64,000 bases of DNA from Mobula hypostoma (lineage: Eukaryota): assembly GCF_963921235.1 (NCBI RefSeq), contig NC_086097.1, forward strand, positions 79,424,001-79,488,000. The letters run 5' to 3'. A model generated the notes under the pieces. It was not told the DNA's origin, did no database searches, and saw nothing but the letters and a program-made list of their open reading frames with translations. The position numbers and the translations under genes are program-made. Shown here in pieces: positions 27,000 to 40,315 of this stretch. Position 1 is the first letter of the stretch. Every line of letters begins with the position of its first letter.

Positions 27000-27479
27000 A
27001 AATAAATGAAGGAAATCCTGCCAACTTTCTTGATTAATTTTTGTTCTTGCTGTGTTATCCCAATTAAGTGGCTGCACTGATTAACCAATAGCCCAATTAA
27101 TTAACTGAGGACTGAGTAACAGATAGAAAATGGAGGGTGTGGGTAATTGATTTTTATGTCGAGTGCTGTGATTTGTGAGGTGCTTCAGGAATTGGTGCTG
27201 GTGTGTCAACTGTTCACCATCTATATTAATAATGTGCACAATGGTACCAAATATAATAAATCAAAATTTTATGATGTTTCTAAAAGTTTTGTTTGTGTCT
27301 TGGCAGGATAGATGCAGGGATAATGTTTTTTCTTGTCCGAAGTGTTTAACTAGGAATCACAGTCTCAAAAGAATGAGGTGGCCATTCAGAAAAAAACTTA
27401 GTCATTGACAGATGAATATCTAGATTTCTCTATCCTTTGGAGACCCAGTTACTGTATGATTTTTTTGTTGTTGTGTATA

Positions 27480-28075
27480 ACTTGTAGAGAGATTGCAGAT
27501 TGCAAGAACCACAAGGTTGTTACAGTAAGTGATTTTAACTTTCCACATATTGACTGGGACTCCCATACTATAAAAGGGCCGGAAGGGAAAGAGTTTGTCA
27601 AATGTGTTCAGGAAAGTTTCCTTAATCAGTACTGGATCTGTGATATTAGATCTCCTATTAGGGAATGAGACAGGGTGGGTGACAGGAATTTGTGTAAGGG
27701 AACACTTGCATCTAGTGATCATAATATCATTCGTTTCAAAGTAAATATGCAAAAAGATAGGTCTGGTCTGAGGTTTGAGATTCTAATTTGGAGAAAGGCC
27801 AATTTTGATGGTATCAGGAAGGATCTGGCAAGTGTGGAATGGCACAAGCTGTTTTCTGGCAAAGGCATATGTGGAAAGTGGGAGCCCTTCACAAGTGAAA
27901 TTTTGAGAGTACAAAGCTGGTATATGCCTGTCAGAATAAAAGGCAATGATAACAGTTTTAGGACCTTGGTTTTTAAGAGATATTGATGCCCTGGTAAGGA
28001 AAAAAGGAGGTGCGAAGCAGGTAAAGGCAGGTAGGAACAAATGTAATACTTAATGGAGTATTAGAAATGTAAGAG
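27480..28075 (+). mobile_element. Degenerate CR1 endonuclease-region fragment; a CR1 3' end follows at about 31200-31910
   Basis: DFNFPHIDW, EFVKCVQESFLNQY and SDHNII in ORFs 27405..27986. Confidence 0.8.
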
Positions 28076-29695
28076 GCCTTCCAGAAAATTACTAATATTA
28101 TGGTATTATTCTATGCTATTCTGTACTATCCTATGTTCTATGTTTATGTAATGGAAACAGAAAGTCTCCTGATATGTGGGGGAGACATAAATTTACAATT
28201 ACAACCAAAGTTAGACTCTTCCAATAGAAAAACTTACGAAACAAAGTCCTTACATAAGAAAGTTAACACTCTTTTTGAGGATGTTGGTCTAATTGATATA
28301 TGGAGGGACCTTTTCCCCGACAGGAGGGATTACACTCATTATTCTGCCCCCATTCCGTATATACAAGAATCGACTACTTCATAACATTTGGAAAAGAAAA
28401 AGACAAAATAATCACCTGTGGAATTGGGACAATAGATGTAAGTGACCATGCACCTATATATTTATCTGTTGATTTTGACCTACAGTCAAAGACTACTATT
28501 TGGAAACTAAATTCAAGTCTACTCAATGATCCCTATTTTAAGGAAGAAATTAAAAAATAAATTGGTCTTTACTTAGAATTCAATGATAATGGAGAGGTTT
28601 CACCTCCCACTCTATGGGATACTCTGAAGGCTGTCTTAAGAGAGAAAATTATAGCGATATCTTCATATAAGAAAAAAATAAGGAATAAAACATTAGAGGA
28701 ATTACAAAATAAGCTGAAGGAACTAGAAAAAAACACAAATTGAGCTTGGCACAGGATACACTACAGGAAATTAAAAAAATTAGGAATGAAATTAATAGTT
28801 TGGCTACACAAGAAATCAGAAAAAATTTAAAGTTTCTGAAATAGAGACTATGAAAGTGGGTCTTAAATCAATGAAAATATTGCTGTGGAAACTGAAAAAA
28901 AAAGATAGAAGAAAATACAATTAATAGAATTAGGGATCCAAGAACAAAAGTGATAAAAAATAAGCTAAGTGAAATTCAAGAAGCTTTTGAAATGTTTTAC
29001 AAAACTCTATTTTCCAAAGTTCCGGGGGAAGCATAACCCAAATAGACACCTTTCTGAATTCTTTAGAGTTACCCACTTTAAGCAAAGAACAAAATAAAAC
29101 GATGACTGCTGACATAACTGAAGCTGAACTAAAAGCTGCAATTAGTAGGCTTAAATTAAGCAAGTGACCAAGATCAGATGGATATATGGCAGAGTTGTAA
29201 AAAGAGTTAAGAAATGAGTTAATTCCTGTTTTACTCCCCACACTGAACTGGGCCCTGAGAAAGGCGCAAATGCCACCCAGCTGGAAGGAGGTGATAATCT
29301 CAGCTATACCGAAAGAAGGCAAGGATAAAACGGAATGTGGGTCATTTAGACCAATATCTGTTCTTAATGTGGATTATAGAATATTTACCTCCATCACGGC
29401 CAAATGATTAGAAGAGTTTCGACCCACACTGATACATAATGATCAGACAGGTTTTATACAACAACGCCAAACACAAGACAATATACGAAGGATTCTTCAC
29501 ATTATGGACCATATAAAAAAATGAAATTGAAGCAATAGTGATAAGTGTGGATGCTGAAAAGGCATTTGATTCGGTTAATTGGAATTTTCTTTACAGAGTT
29601 TTACATAGATTTGGTCTACATGACACGATTATTAAAACTATACAGGCACTATACGACAATCCTACTGCTAGGATTAAAATCAATGGATATTTATC
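28076..29695 (+). mobile_element. L1/Tx1-clade LINE ORF2 fragment (endonuclease C-terminus to RT)
   Basis: GGDIN, LIDIWR, RIDYF, SDHAPI, WKLNSSLL and [15 protein letters not shown]-rich sense strand. Confidence 0.85.
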
Positions 29696-30156
29696 TAAGC
29701 AACACACATCCCCCACCATGTTTCATGACAGGGATGGTGCGTTTTTGATGATGTGCGGTGTTTGGCTTATGCCAAACATAGCATTTAGCCTGATGGGTAT
29801 TACAAGTGTACTTTTACTACAATCAATTGAAACACCTTGAGTGCACATTGGTCTCCAAAAATAGATCTCCATTTAACTAATTATATGACTTCTCAAACCC
29901 GTTGATTGCACCAGTGATGATTTGGTGTGTCAAATTAAGGGGGAGGGGGAGAGGAGGAGAGGGTGAACACTTATGCAATCAGTTATTTTGTGTTTCATAT
30001 ATTGGACCACTTTGTAGAGATCTGTTTTCACTTTGACATGAAAGAGTTTTTCTGGTAATCAGTCAAAAAAGTCAAATTAAATCTACTGTGATTCAATATT
30101 GTAAAACAATAAAACATGAAAACTTCCAAGGGGGTGAATACTTTTTAGAGGCACTG
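29696..30156 (-). mobile_element. Tc1 DNA transposon fragment with one terminal inverted repeat
   Basis: Terminus CAGTGCCTCTAAAAAGTATTCACCCCCTTGGAAG (minus) flanked by TA at 30157-30158; transposase remnant [11 protein letters not shown]...IPVMKHGGG. Confidence 0.85.
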
Positions 30157-30274
30157 TATATATATCTAATGTAATTCAGAGTTCTGTTTCTATTATTGTG
30201 CATTGCATTGTACTGCTGCCACGAAGTTAACAGATATCAGGACATATGCCAGTGATATTAAACTTGATGCTGAC

Positions 30275-31185
30275 AAATGCTGCAGGAACTCAGCATTTAA
30301 GGAAATGAATAGATAGTTGATGTTTTGTGTTGATCTTTCTTCAGGATTGAGAAGGAAAGGGGGAGATGCCAGAATAAAAAGGTGGGTGGAGGAGAAGGAA
30401 GATAGCTGGAAGATGATCGGTGAAGCCAGGTGTATGGACAGATAAGGACTGGAGAGGAAGAAATCTGATAGGAAGAGGACAATGGACTATAGGAGAGTGG
30501 GGAGGAGAGGACTCGGGGGGGAAGTAATAGGCAGGTGAGAAGAGATAAAAGGTCAGAGTAGGGAATAGAAAGGGATAAATTTGATTAAGAGAAAGGGAAA
30601 TCAATATTTATGCTCTCAGGTTGGAGGCTACCCAGATGGAATATAAGGTGTTGCTCCTCCATCCTGAGGATAGACTCATCTTGGCACAAGAGGAGGCCAT
30701 GGACTGACATGCCGGAATGGGAATTAACATGTTTGGCCACTGGGAAGTCCTGCTTGTGGCAGATGGTGCAGAGGTGCTTGATGAAGTAGTCTTCCAATTT
30801 ACGCTGGATCTCACCAATGTAGAGGAGGCTGCATTGGGAGCATCATACACAACAGATTTGCAGGTGTAGTGTTGACTCACCTGGAAGCCTGCAACCCTGA
30901 TTGGAGGTGAGGGAGGAGATGTATAGATAGGTGTAGCACTAAAGCTGCTTGCAGGTATAAGTGCTGGGAGGGAAATTAGTGGGGCAGGATGAATGGACAA
31001 GGAAATCCTGGAGGGAGTGATCCCTGTGGAAAATGGAGGTGGGAGGAGGGGGAGGTAAAGATATGTTTAGACATAGGATCCCTTTGGAGATGATGGAAGT
31101 TGTGGAGGATAATGTATTGGATGTGGAGGCTGATGTGGTGGTAAGCAAGGTCAAGAGGACCTTATCACTGTTAAGACAACAGGAA
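30275..31185 (-). mobile_element. Degenerate Penelope-like element
   Basis: ORF 30585..30797 (HLC.I..KQDFPVAKH.NSHS.MSVHGLL.C..E..LRMEEQHLIF.LGSLQP). Confidence 0.82.
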
Positions 31186-31199
31186 GATATAGGTCCATA

Positions 31200-31910
31200 A
31201 TTCATTAAAAGTGGCAGCACAGGTAGACAGGGTTGTAAAGAAAACTTTTAGCACATTGGCCTTCATTAATCAATGTATTGAGTATAGGAGATGGGATGTT
31301 ATGTTGAAATCGTATAAGATGTAGGTGAGGCCTAATTTGGAGTATTGGGTGCAGATTTGGTAACCTACCTACAGGAAAGATGTAAATAAGGTTAAAGAGA
31401 AAATTTACAAGGATGTTGCAGGGACTGGAAGACCTGAGTTATAAGGAAAGATTGAATATGTTAGGACTTCATAAACACAAGAAAGTCTGCCGATGCTGCA
31501 GTGTGTTGCTTTAGGTTAGGACTTTATTTCTTGGAAAGCAGAAGATTGAGAAATGTGATAGAGGTAAACAAAATCATGTGGGGTATATATAGGGTAAATG
31601 CCAACAGACTTTTTCCATTGAGATTGGGTGGGACTACAACCGGAGACCATGGAAAAGGTGAAAGGTAAAATGTTTAAGAGAAAAATGAGAGGAAACTTCC
31701 TCATTCAGAGTCGTGAGAGTGTGGAACGAGCTGCCAGCGTGACTGCTGCATGCGAGCTCCATTTCGATGTTTAAGAGAAGTTTGGATAGGTACATGAATG
31801 GGAGGGGTATGGAGGGCAATGGTCTGGGTGTAGGTCGATGGGACTAGGCAGTGGTATGGACTGGATGGGCCAAAGAGCCTGTTTCTATGCTGCAATTTCC
31901 TATGACTCTA
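31200..31910 (+). mobile_element. CR1 3' fragment
   Basis: KVAAQVDRVVKK...RPNLEY..Q.W motifs and a CR1-type tail. Confidence 0.85.
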
Positions 31911-32264
31911 AGACAACCAAAGTATATGGGTTAGCGTAGGAAATTAATGATCAGGTAGAAGGTCATTCACAATCTGAACTAAATCAGAGCTTTGAATCAG
32001 AAACCCTATTTCTGCTTCAATTTCTTGTACTGTTCTTATTTCCTTTTATTTAACCTAGCCTCTAATCCCTAATTGTTTAGTAACTGATTCTATTATCTTG
32101 AAAATGTTTTCCTTTCCTTGTGTGGCCTTCCATGTTGCACAATGACACAGAATGAGGAGCTGCAAGTGAGATATCGTTATATGGCTTTCCAGAACAGAAG
32201 TTGCTGTTTTCAATTTTCATTCTCGGATAGCTGAAAAGAAAAAACAACAATTGGATAGTAATAT

Positions 32265-35200
32265 TAGAGTCGTAAAACACTACAGTGCAGAAACATAATC
32301 GTTGGCCCATCTAATCTGTGCTGAATCATTAATCTGCCAAGTCCATTCAACCTGTGCCTGGACCATAGCCCTCCCATCCGTGTACCTGTCCAAATTTCTC
32401 GTAAATGTTGAAATTGAGCCTGCATCCACCACTTGCACTGACAGCTCATTCCACACTCTCACCATCTTCTGAGTGAAGTTCCTCCTCATGTTTCCCTTAA
32501 ACATTTCACTTTTCACCCGTAACCCATGACCTCTAGTTGAAGTCTCGCCCAATCTCAGTGGAAAAAGTCTGCTTGCATTTACCCTCTCTATATCCTTCAT
32601 AATTTTGTATACATCTATAAAATCTTGCCTCATTCTCCTATGCTCCAGTGAATTAAGTTTATTCTTTTCCTGATGTATTCAACCTTTTCCTCAAGACCTG
32701 ACAACATCCCTGTAAATTTTCTCTGCACTCTTTCAATCTTATTGATATTTTCCCTGTATGTAGGTGGCTAGACTACATACAATACTGTACTTCAAATTAG
32801 GGCCCATCAATGTCTTGTAAAATTTCAACATAACATCCCAAATCCTGTACTCAATACATTGTTTTTTGAAGGCCAATGTATCAAAAGCTTTCTTTACGAC
32901 CCTATCTACAGTACCTGTGACACCGCTTTCAAAGAATTATGAATCTATATTCCCAGATCCCTCTATTTTACCACACTCCTCAGTGCCCTACTGCTAACTA
33001 TGTTAGACCTACCCTGGTTGGTCATCCCAAAGTGCAACACCTCATACTTGTCTGCATTAAATTTCATCTGCCATTTTTCACCCCCTTTTTCCAGTTGGTC
33101 AAGATCCAGCCACAAGCTTTGATAGTATTCCTCGCTGCCCACTACACTCCAGTCTTGGTGTCATCCACAAATTTGCTGATCCAGTTTACCACATTATCAT
33201 CCATATCGTTGAAAAAGATAACAAACAACAACAGACTCAGCACTGATCCCTGCAGCACGCTACTAGTCAGAGAGGCAACCATCTTCTACCACTCTCTGGC
33301 TTCTCCCACGAAGCCAATGTCTAATTCAATTTAATACCACATCTTGAATGCCAAGCGACTGAACCTTCATCACTAACCTCCCATGTGGAACCTTGTCAAA
33401 GGCCTTGCTAAAGTTCTTGTAGACAACATCCACAGCCTTGCCTTCACCAACTTTCCAGGTAACTTCCTTGAAAAACTCCATAAGATTGGTTAGACATACA
33501 CAAACTCAAGTTGACTATCCCTAATCAGTTCCTGCTATCAAAATAGTTATAAATCTGGTCCCTTAGAATATCTTCTAATAAATTTCCCAATACAAATGCC
33601 AGGCTCACCGTCCCATAATTTCCTGGCTTAATCTTAGAACCTTCCTTAAACAACAGAATAACATTTGCTTCTCCGGCACCTCATCTGTGGACAGGGATGT
33701 TTTAAATATCTCTGCTCAGCCCCCTGCAATTTCTGCACTAGCCTCCTCCAGGGTTCGAATGAACATCTTGTCAGACCTCAGGGCTTTATCTATCCTAATT
33801 TGCCTCAAGACAGCAAACACCTCCTCCTCTGTAATCTGTATCAGGTCCATGACCTTGTTGCTGCTTTGCCTCACTTCTATAGACTTTGTGTCCATCTCCT
33901 GATTAAATAGATACAAAAATTAAATTAAGATCTCCCTATCTCTTTTAGCTCCACTCTGATCTTCGAGAGGACCAATTTTGTCCCTTGTTATCCTTTTGCT
34001 CTTAATCTATCTGTATAAATCCTTAGGATTATCCTTCACCTTACCTGCAAGAGCAACTTCATGCCTTCTTCTAGCCCCCCTGATGTCCTCCTTATGTTTT
34101 CCCTTACACTCCTCAAGTACCTCATTTGATTTGTTCCTACCTGCCTTAATCTGCTATGCACCTCCTTTTTCTTAACCAGGGCCTCAATGTCTCTTGAATT
34201 ATGGAACGAAGGTTCCATAAACCTATTGTCCTTGCCTTCAATTCTGACAGGAGCATACTAACTCTGTGCTCTCAAAATTTCACTTTTGAAGGCCTCCCAC
34301 TTACCAAGTACATGTTTGCCAGAAAACAAGCTGTCCCAATTCACACTCTCCAGATACTTTCTGATACCATCAAAATTGCCCTTCTCCAATTTAGAATCTC
34401 AACTTGAGGTCTGACCTATCCCTTTCCCTAATTACCTTGAAACTAATGGTATTATGATTACTAGATGCAAAGAGTTTCCCTACACAAACATTTGTCACCT
34501 GCCCTGCCTCAATCCCTAATAGGAGAACTAGTATTACACTCTCTCTAGTTGTGACTTTTATGTACTGATCAAGAAAACTTTCCTGAACACATCTGACAAA
34601 TGCTTTCCCATCCAGCCCTTTTACAGTAAGGGAGTCCCAGTCAATATATGGGAAGTTACAATCAGCTACTCTCATAACGTTATGTTTCTTGCAACAGTCG
34701 TCTGCAAACTCTCTACAAATTTGCTCCTCTAAACCCCATGGACTGTTGAATGGTCTACAATATATCCTATTAATACAGTCATACATTTCCTATTCCTCAT
34801 TTCTACCTAAAAAGTCTTACTAGATGAGCCTTCCAGTCTGTCCTGTATGAGCACTGCCATGACATTTTCCCTGACTAGTAATGCCACTCCTCCATCTCTA
34901 ATCCCTCCTGCACTATCATGTCCAAAATACTGGAACATTAAGCTGCCAGCCCTGCGCCTCCTGCAACCAAGTCTCGCTAATGGCTACAAAGTCATAATTC
35001 CATGTACTGATCTATGTGTTAAGTTCATCCTTCTTTCCTACAATACTCCTTGCATTGAAATATTAGTCACAGCATGCTCAACCCCTACAACTCTAGTTTA
35101 AATGCACCCTTCTCCCCCGTGCAGCACTAGCAAGTCTTCCTGCAGGATATCAGTCCCCCTCCAGTTCAGGTGCAAACCATCCCTTCTCTACAGGCCCCAC

Positions 35201-35950
35201 CTTCACTAGGAGAGCCCAATGATCCAAAAATCTGAAGCCCTCCCTCCTCCATCATCTCCTTAACCATATGTTAAACGGTATGATCTTCCTTTTGCTGACC
35301 TCACTAGCACAGGTAGCAATCCTGAGATCACAACCCTGGGGTTCCTGAACTTCAAATTAGAACTTAACTCCCTTAATTCTTCAGCCCTCCTACTCATGTC
35401 ATTGGTACCAACGTGGGCCACAGTCTTTGGCTGCTGACCCTCCCACTTAAGAATGTTGTGTACTGGATCCCAGATGTCCCTGACCCAGGTACCTGGGAGG
35501 AAACATACCATCTGGGAATCTTATTCTCATCCACAGAACCTCCTTTCTGTTCCCCTGACCAACAAATCCCCTAGCACTACAGCTTGCCTCTTCACCCCAC
35601 TTCCCTTCTGGGCTACAGAGCCAGACTCAGTGCCAGAGACCTGTCTGCTGTGGTTTTCCTCTGCTATGTCATCTCCCCCCACCCCAACAGTATCCTGACC
35701 ATCACCTGTGTCTTGCATGGAATGATCCAGAGTTCATCCAGTTCCAGCACCTTAACACAGTCTGCTACAAGCTGCTGCTGGATGCACTTCTTGCAGGTGT
35801 AGTTGTCAAGGACACTGAAGGTCACCCTGCCTTCCTACATCCCGCAAAAGGTGCATTCCACTATCCTGTCTGGCCTCCCAACGGCCCTAAATGTGCAATA
35901 AGAAAGAAAGAATAAATAACAAAAAATCTACCTATACCCAACACCTCTCT
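32265..35950 (-). mobile_element. Degenerate near-full-length CR1 LINE
   Basis: ORF1 fragments 35260..35718 (GDLLVRGT, HVGTND); ORF2 fragments 34391..34786, 33716..33916 and 32280..32633. Confidence 0.88.
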
Positions 35951-37649
35951 TCGTTGAAGCCTCGATGAACCAAAGGCTGAATTCCCCAGTCATACAATGG
36001 CCGCTCCAGTTAATCCTAACTTTAAAAAAAATTGCATCTTTGCAAGTGCTTAAAAACACACAATCCAGAGTGTTTTTAGGAACTGTGGTGCACAAAATGT
36101 GCCGACTGTCCCTGCACTCTTATTTTAAACTCTCTCTCCCCTCTATGCAGTCCAATATCTCCTCCTTATAACTGATTACTGTACAGGAATTGTTTGATAA
36201 AAGAGTAAGAATACTTCATATAGAACTAAGTGCAAGGAGAAATTCCACAAATACAAGGAAAATCCATGTGCTGAAGGAAATAAAGAAAGCATAAGGCACT
36301 TTGATCCATGGTGTGTTGATTATTTGAGAGACACAAACAATCTGCTGGAGGGACTCATCAAGTTGAGGATTTGTTGGCGGTGGGGGGGGGATGGAGGTAA
36401 GGAATTGTTGATGTTTCAGGTCAAAACTCTGCATCAGGACAGGGTTTAATCTGAAATGTTGACAATTCCTTTCCTCTTGAGATCGCATTCGACTGAGTTC
36501 TTCCTGCAAATTGTTTCTTGCACCAAAATCCAGCATCTGCAGACTATTACATCCCTATTTGATAGAGCTACCAAATTAGCCTTGAGTTCTGCATTTCTAC
36601 TTCCATTTTTGTATATTTTCCCTGTATAATTCCATTTTGAATGCTACTATTCAATCTTCTTCCCTTTTCTTTTCAGAAAGTGCATTCCAATTTGCACCAA
36701 TTCATCATTTGTACTACCTCAATGTACTATGGTATGATTTGAACAGTATGAACAGTATGCAAGATGAGAGTTTCACTGTACCTCAATACATGTGACAATA
36801 ATAAATCAATTCCAACTCCATTCAAAAATTGCCCCATATTTTCTCTGGCTCCTTTTGTCAATCACTTTATATATGTAGTTTCTGGGTGCTGGAATTGCTG
36901 TTGAGAGGAAGGGCTATTTTAATTTACTTTATCAAAACAAGATTTTGAACACGGTTATCAAACATCTGCTTATCTATCTCAATTTGAAAGAAAACCTCTG
37001 AGTATTTCTACATAACCGAAGTCCCATATCTCCGTCTGTATTCACAGCAAGACCATGACATTCTTCTTCAGTGTGGTACAGGATTGATCACCATATCATC
37101 TGGGATGTAACCTTACATATCTACAAACCCTTTGTAAGTTAACTTTATGTATCTAAATTTAGTTTTCTTTGCTTTGGTAACCAATATAAAAAGTGAATGT
37201 TTCTACATACATTTTTAACGTGACCTTCTCAACTACAGTCGCCAGTAAAGATTTGTGTACTAACATGACCAGGTTATGTATCCCTTTAAAACTTAGTTCC
37301 TAGTGGCAACTCTCATTCTCTTAACTAAAATTTTATCACTGTACTTTTCTTTGTTAATATAATTTTGTCTCATGAAGGAATGTTTTACTAGTCAGTGAAA
37401 CAGCAATGCTCCATGGATAGATGTTGTGGAATTATCCTTATCCACTGAACCTGTGAGTAGAACAATACATTAATGAGAAAATTTTCAGCATTGTAATATT
37501 TAGACTGATATCAAGTGCTATTGAATTTTCCAAGGCTTAAAAAACTGAAATTTAAAATTCTCATGGTGCTTACATATGACGGCCCTGGTAAGTTCCTGCT
37601 CATCCTGCTAGAAGTATCTCCCATATAAAATGGTGAAATGTCTCCCATA

Positions 37650-39100
37650 CTACCAGCCACAGCAGTTCACTTCAGCCGGTCTGATGGCAGACTACATTTC
37701 GCCCAAGGTGGACGTGAAGTCTGCAGTCAACGAGCTATAGTCCATGATCAACAGTGTTGAAATGAGATAGCATGAAACCCTTTTTACCACTGCTGGTTAC
37801 TTCAACCAAACCAACTTTCAAGAGTTTGTTACCAAAAAAATTACCAGCTCACCTTCAAACCACCAGGGCTCCAAACATCCTCGACCATCATTACACAACC
37901 ATTAAAGTTGCCTACTGAGCTAACCCAACACACCCCCACCCCAAACTTTGGTAACTCAAATGACCAGACAATACTCCTCCTCGTATACCACCAAGAGCTG
38001 AAATATGACGATCCGGTAAAGAAGGTTGTACTGTGCTGGTCTGAGGAAATAGATGAGCCTCTACACGACTGCTTTGAGGTGGTAGACTGGTCCATATTTA
38101 AAGATTCTGCAGCCATGCCTGGATGAATGTCAACGCATCATGGACACCATCAGCAAGCGTCTTGAGGACTGTGTACAAAAGAGGATGATCCTGGTGTCTC
38201 AAACTGGAAACCATGGATTAATTGGGAGATCAATTAACTGTGTAGTTCAAATCAGGTGACCCTGATATGTAGAAGGAAATGAGAAACAACTTCCATAAGT
38301 TATTAGAGTTGCCAGGAGGTAGTATCAATCCAAAATTAAATCAATTGTGGCTACGGCAGCATCACTGACACCAGCATGTCCCTTCTTGATGAAGTTAATG
38401 CATTCTATGCATGTTTTGAAGACAAGGAGATTGGAACATTACTACCCACCCGACATCCTCTGATGCATCTGAATCCAAAGTCACCATTACAAATATATGA
38501 TCAGTTTTCCAGACAATGAACTTGTGGAAAGCATCAGGCTTGGATGGTGTTCCTGGTCATACCCTTAGATTCTGTGCTGATCAGCTAGCAGGGATATTCC
38601 CTGCCTCATTCTGAGGTTCCCATCTGCTTTAAGACCACTATCATCCTGGTACCTAAGAAAAACAAAGTAATCTGCCTCAAAGACTACTTCCTGGTGGCTC
38701 TGACATCCACCGTCATGAAGTGCTTCAGAAGACTGGTCATGGCACCCACCAACTCCAGCCTCCCAGACAACCTCGTCTCACTGCAATTTGCCTACCTCTG
38801 AAAGAGGTCTATGGCAGATGCAATCTCCTGGGCCCAACACTCTTGAGCATATGGAGAGTAAAGACACCTTTATTAGACTATTGTTTAATGACTACAGCTC
38901 TGATTCAATACCATAAATCAAGCAAACACATCTCCAAACTCCTAGACCTGGGACTTGACACCTCCCTTTGTAGGTGGAATCCTTGACTTCCTGACCAACA
39001 GACTGCAATCAGTAAGGATAGGTAGCAACACATCCACCATGATTATTCTCAGCACTGGCCCCCCACAAGGCTGCATCCTCAGTGCCATACTCTACTCCCT
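37650..39100 (+). mobile_element. Degenerate Rex1/Babar element; its 3' UTR resumes at about 40315-40397
   Basis: FGNSNDQTILLL.Y.QELK..DPVKK.V.CWSEE..E.L.DCFE.VDW; ILDFLTNR.QSVRIG...STGPPQGCILS. Confidence 0.8.
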
Positions 39101-40315
39101 GTCCATCTCTGGAGACAGACTGTCCACTGACATCTTCTACAAGCCCACTGACTCTCATAACTACCTCGATTATACCTCTTCCCACCTCACCACATGCAAA
39201 AATGCCATTCCCTATTCCCAGTTCCTCCGTCTCCGCCGCATCTGCTCTGAGGATGAGGCTTTCCGTTCCAGGACATCTCAAATGTCGTCTTTCTTTAAGG
39301 ATCGTGGTTTCCCTTCTACCGTCATCAATGATGCCCTCACCTGCATCTCCTCCATTTCCCGCACTTTGGCCCTCACCCCATCCTCCCGCAACCACAACAG
39401 GGACAGAGTTCCCCTTGTCCTTACCTACCACCCCACCAGCCTCTGGATCCAGCACATTATCCTCCGCAACTTCTGCCACCTTCAACAGGACCCCACCACT
39501 AAGCACATCTTTCCCTCTTCACCCCTCTCCGCTTTCCGCAGGGATCGGTCCCTCCACGACTCCCTGATCCACACGTCCCTCCCCACTGATCTCCCACCCA
39601 GCACTTATCCCTGTAAGTGTAAGTGCTACACCTGTCCCTACACCTTATCTCTTGCAACCATTCAGGACCCCAAACAGTCCTTCCAGGTGAGACAACACTT
39701 CACTTGTGATTCTGTTGGGGTCATCTATTGCATCCTGTGCTCCCGGTGTGGCCTCCTCTACATCGGCGAAACTCGAAGCAGATTGGGGGACCGCTTTGTC
39801 GAGCACCTCCAGTCTGTCCGCCACAACAGACAGGATCTCGCGGTAGCCACCCACTTCAACTCTGCTTCCCATTCCCATTCAGATATGTCCATACATGGCC
39901 TCCTCTACTGCCATGATGAGGCTAATCTCAGGCTGGAGGAGCAACACCTCATATACCATCTAGGTAGTCTCCAGCCCCTTGGTATGAACATAGAATTCTC
40001 CAAATTCCGGTAATTCCCTCCCTCTCCCTTCCTCTATCTCTATTTCACTCTACCCCCTCCCCCAGCTCCCTCATGGTTCCGCCTCCTTCTTCTACCACCC
40101 ATTGTTTTCAGGGCTATGACATTAATGCTTCCCCTCCCCCACCCCTTTGTCTTTGAAATTACTGGTCTATCAACTGACGCTACAAGCATTCTTCAAATCC
40201 TTCCCCATCTTTCATTCTTCAGTCCTGAAGAAGGGTTCCGGCCCGAAACGTCGACTCATTGTTTCTGACTGATGCTGCCCGACCTGCTGAGTTCATCCAG
40301 CGTACTGAAAGTGTT
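39101..40315 (+). mobile_element. Young Penelope-like element with an open RT-thumb plus GIY-YIG frame
   Basis: ORF 38955..40013: STDIFYKPTDSHNYLDYTSSH...IPYSQFLRLRRICS and VIYCILCSRCGLLYIGET...RFVEHL; pseudo-LTR with hammerhead motif. Confidence 0.92.
40221..40256 (+). ncRNA. Minimal type I hammerhead ribozyme motif in a Penelope pseudo-LTR
   Basis: AGTC-CTGAAGA-A-GGG(TTCCGG)CCC-GAAAC-GTC-GACT: CUGANGA and GAAA cores, stem II, stem I AGTC/GACT, GUC cleavage triplet. Confidence 0.75.

Larger units (their letters stand above)
17950..27105 (-). mobile_element. Tigger/pogo-type DNA transposon derivative in three pieces (17950-18178, 19000-19430, about 27000-27105)
   Basis: Left end CAGGGGATTCTGATTAATTGGG; CCCAATTAA motifs recur near the right end; minus-strand remnant IFVTDS..EISSKAIQNCFAHCSF resembles the Tigger transposase C-terminus. 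Confidence 0.7.
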
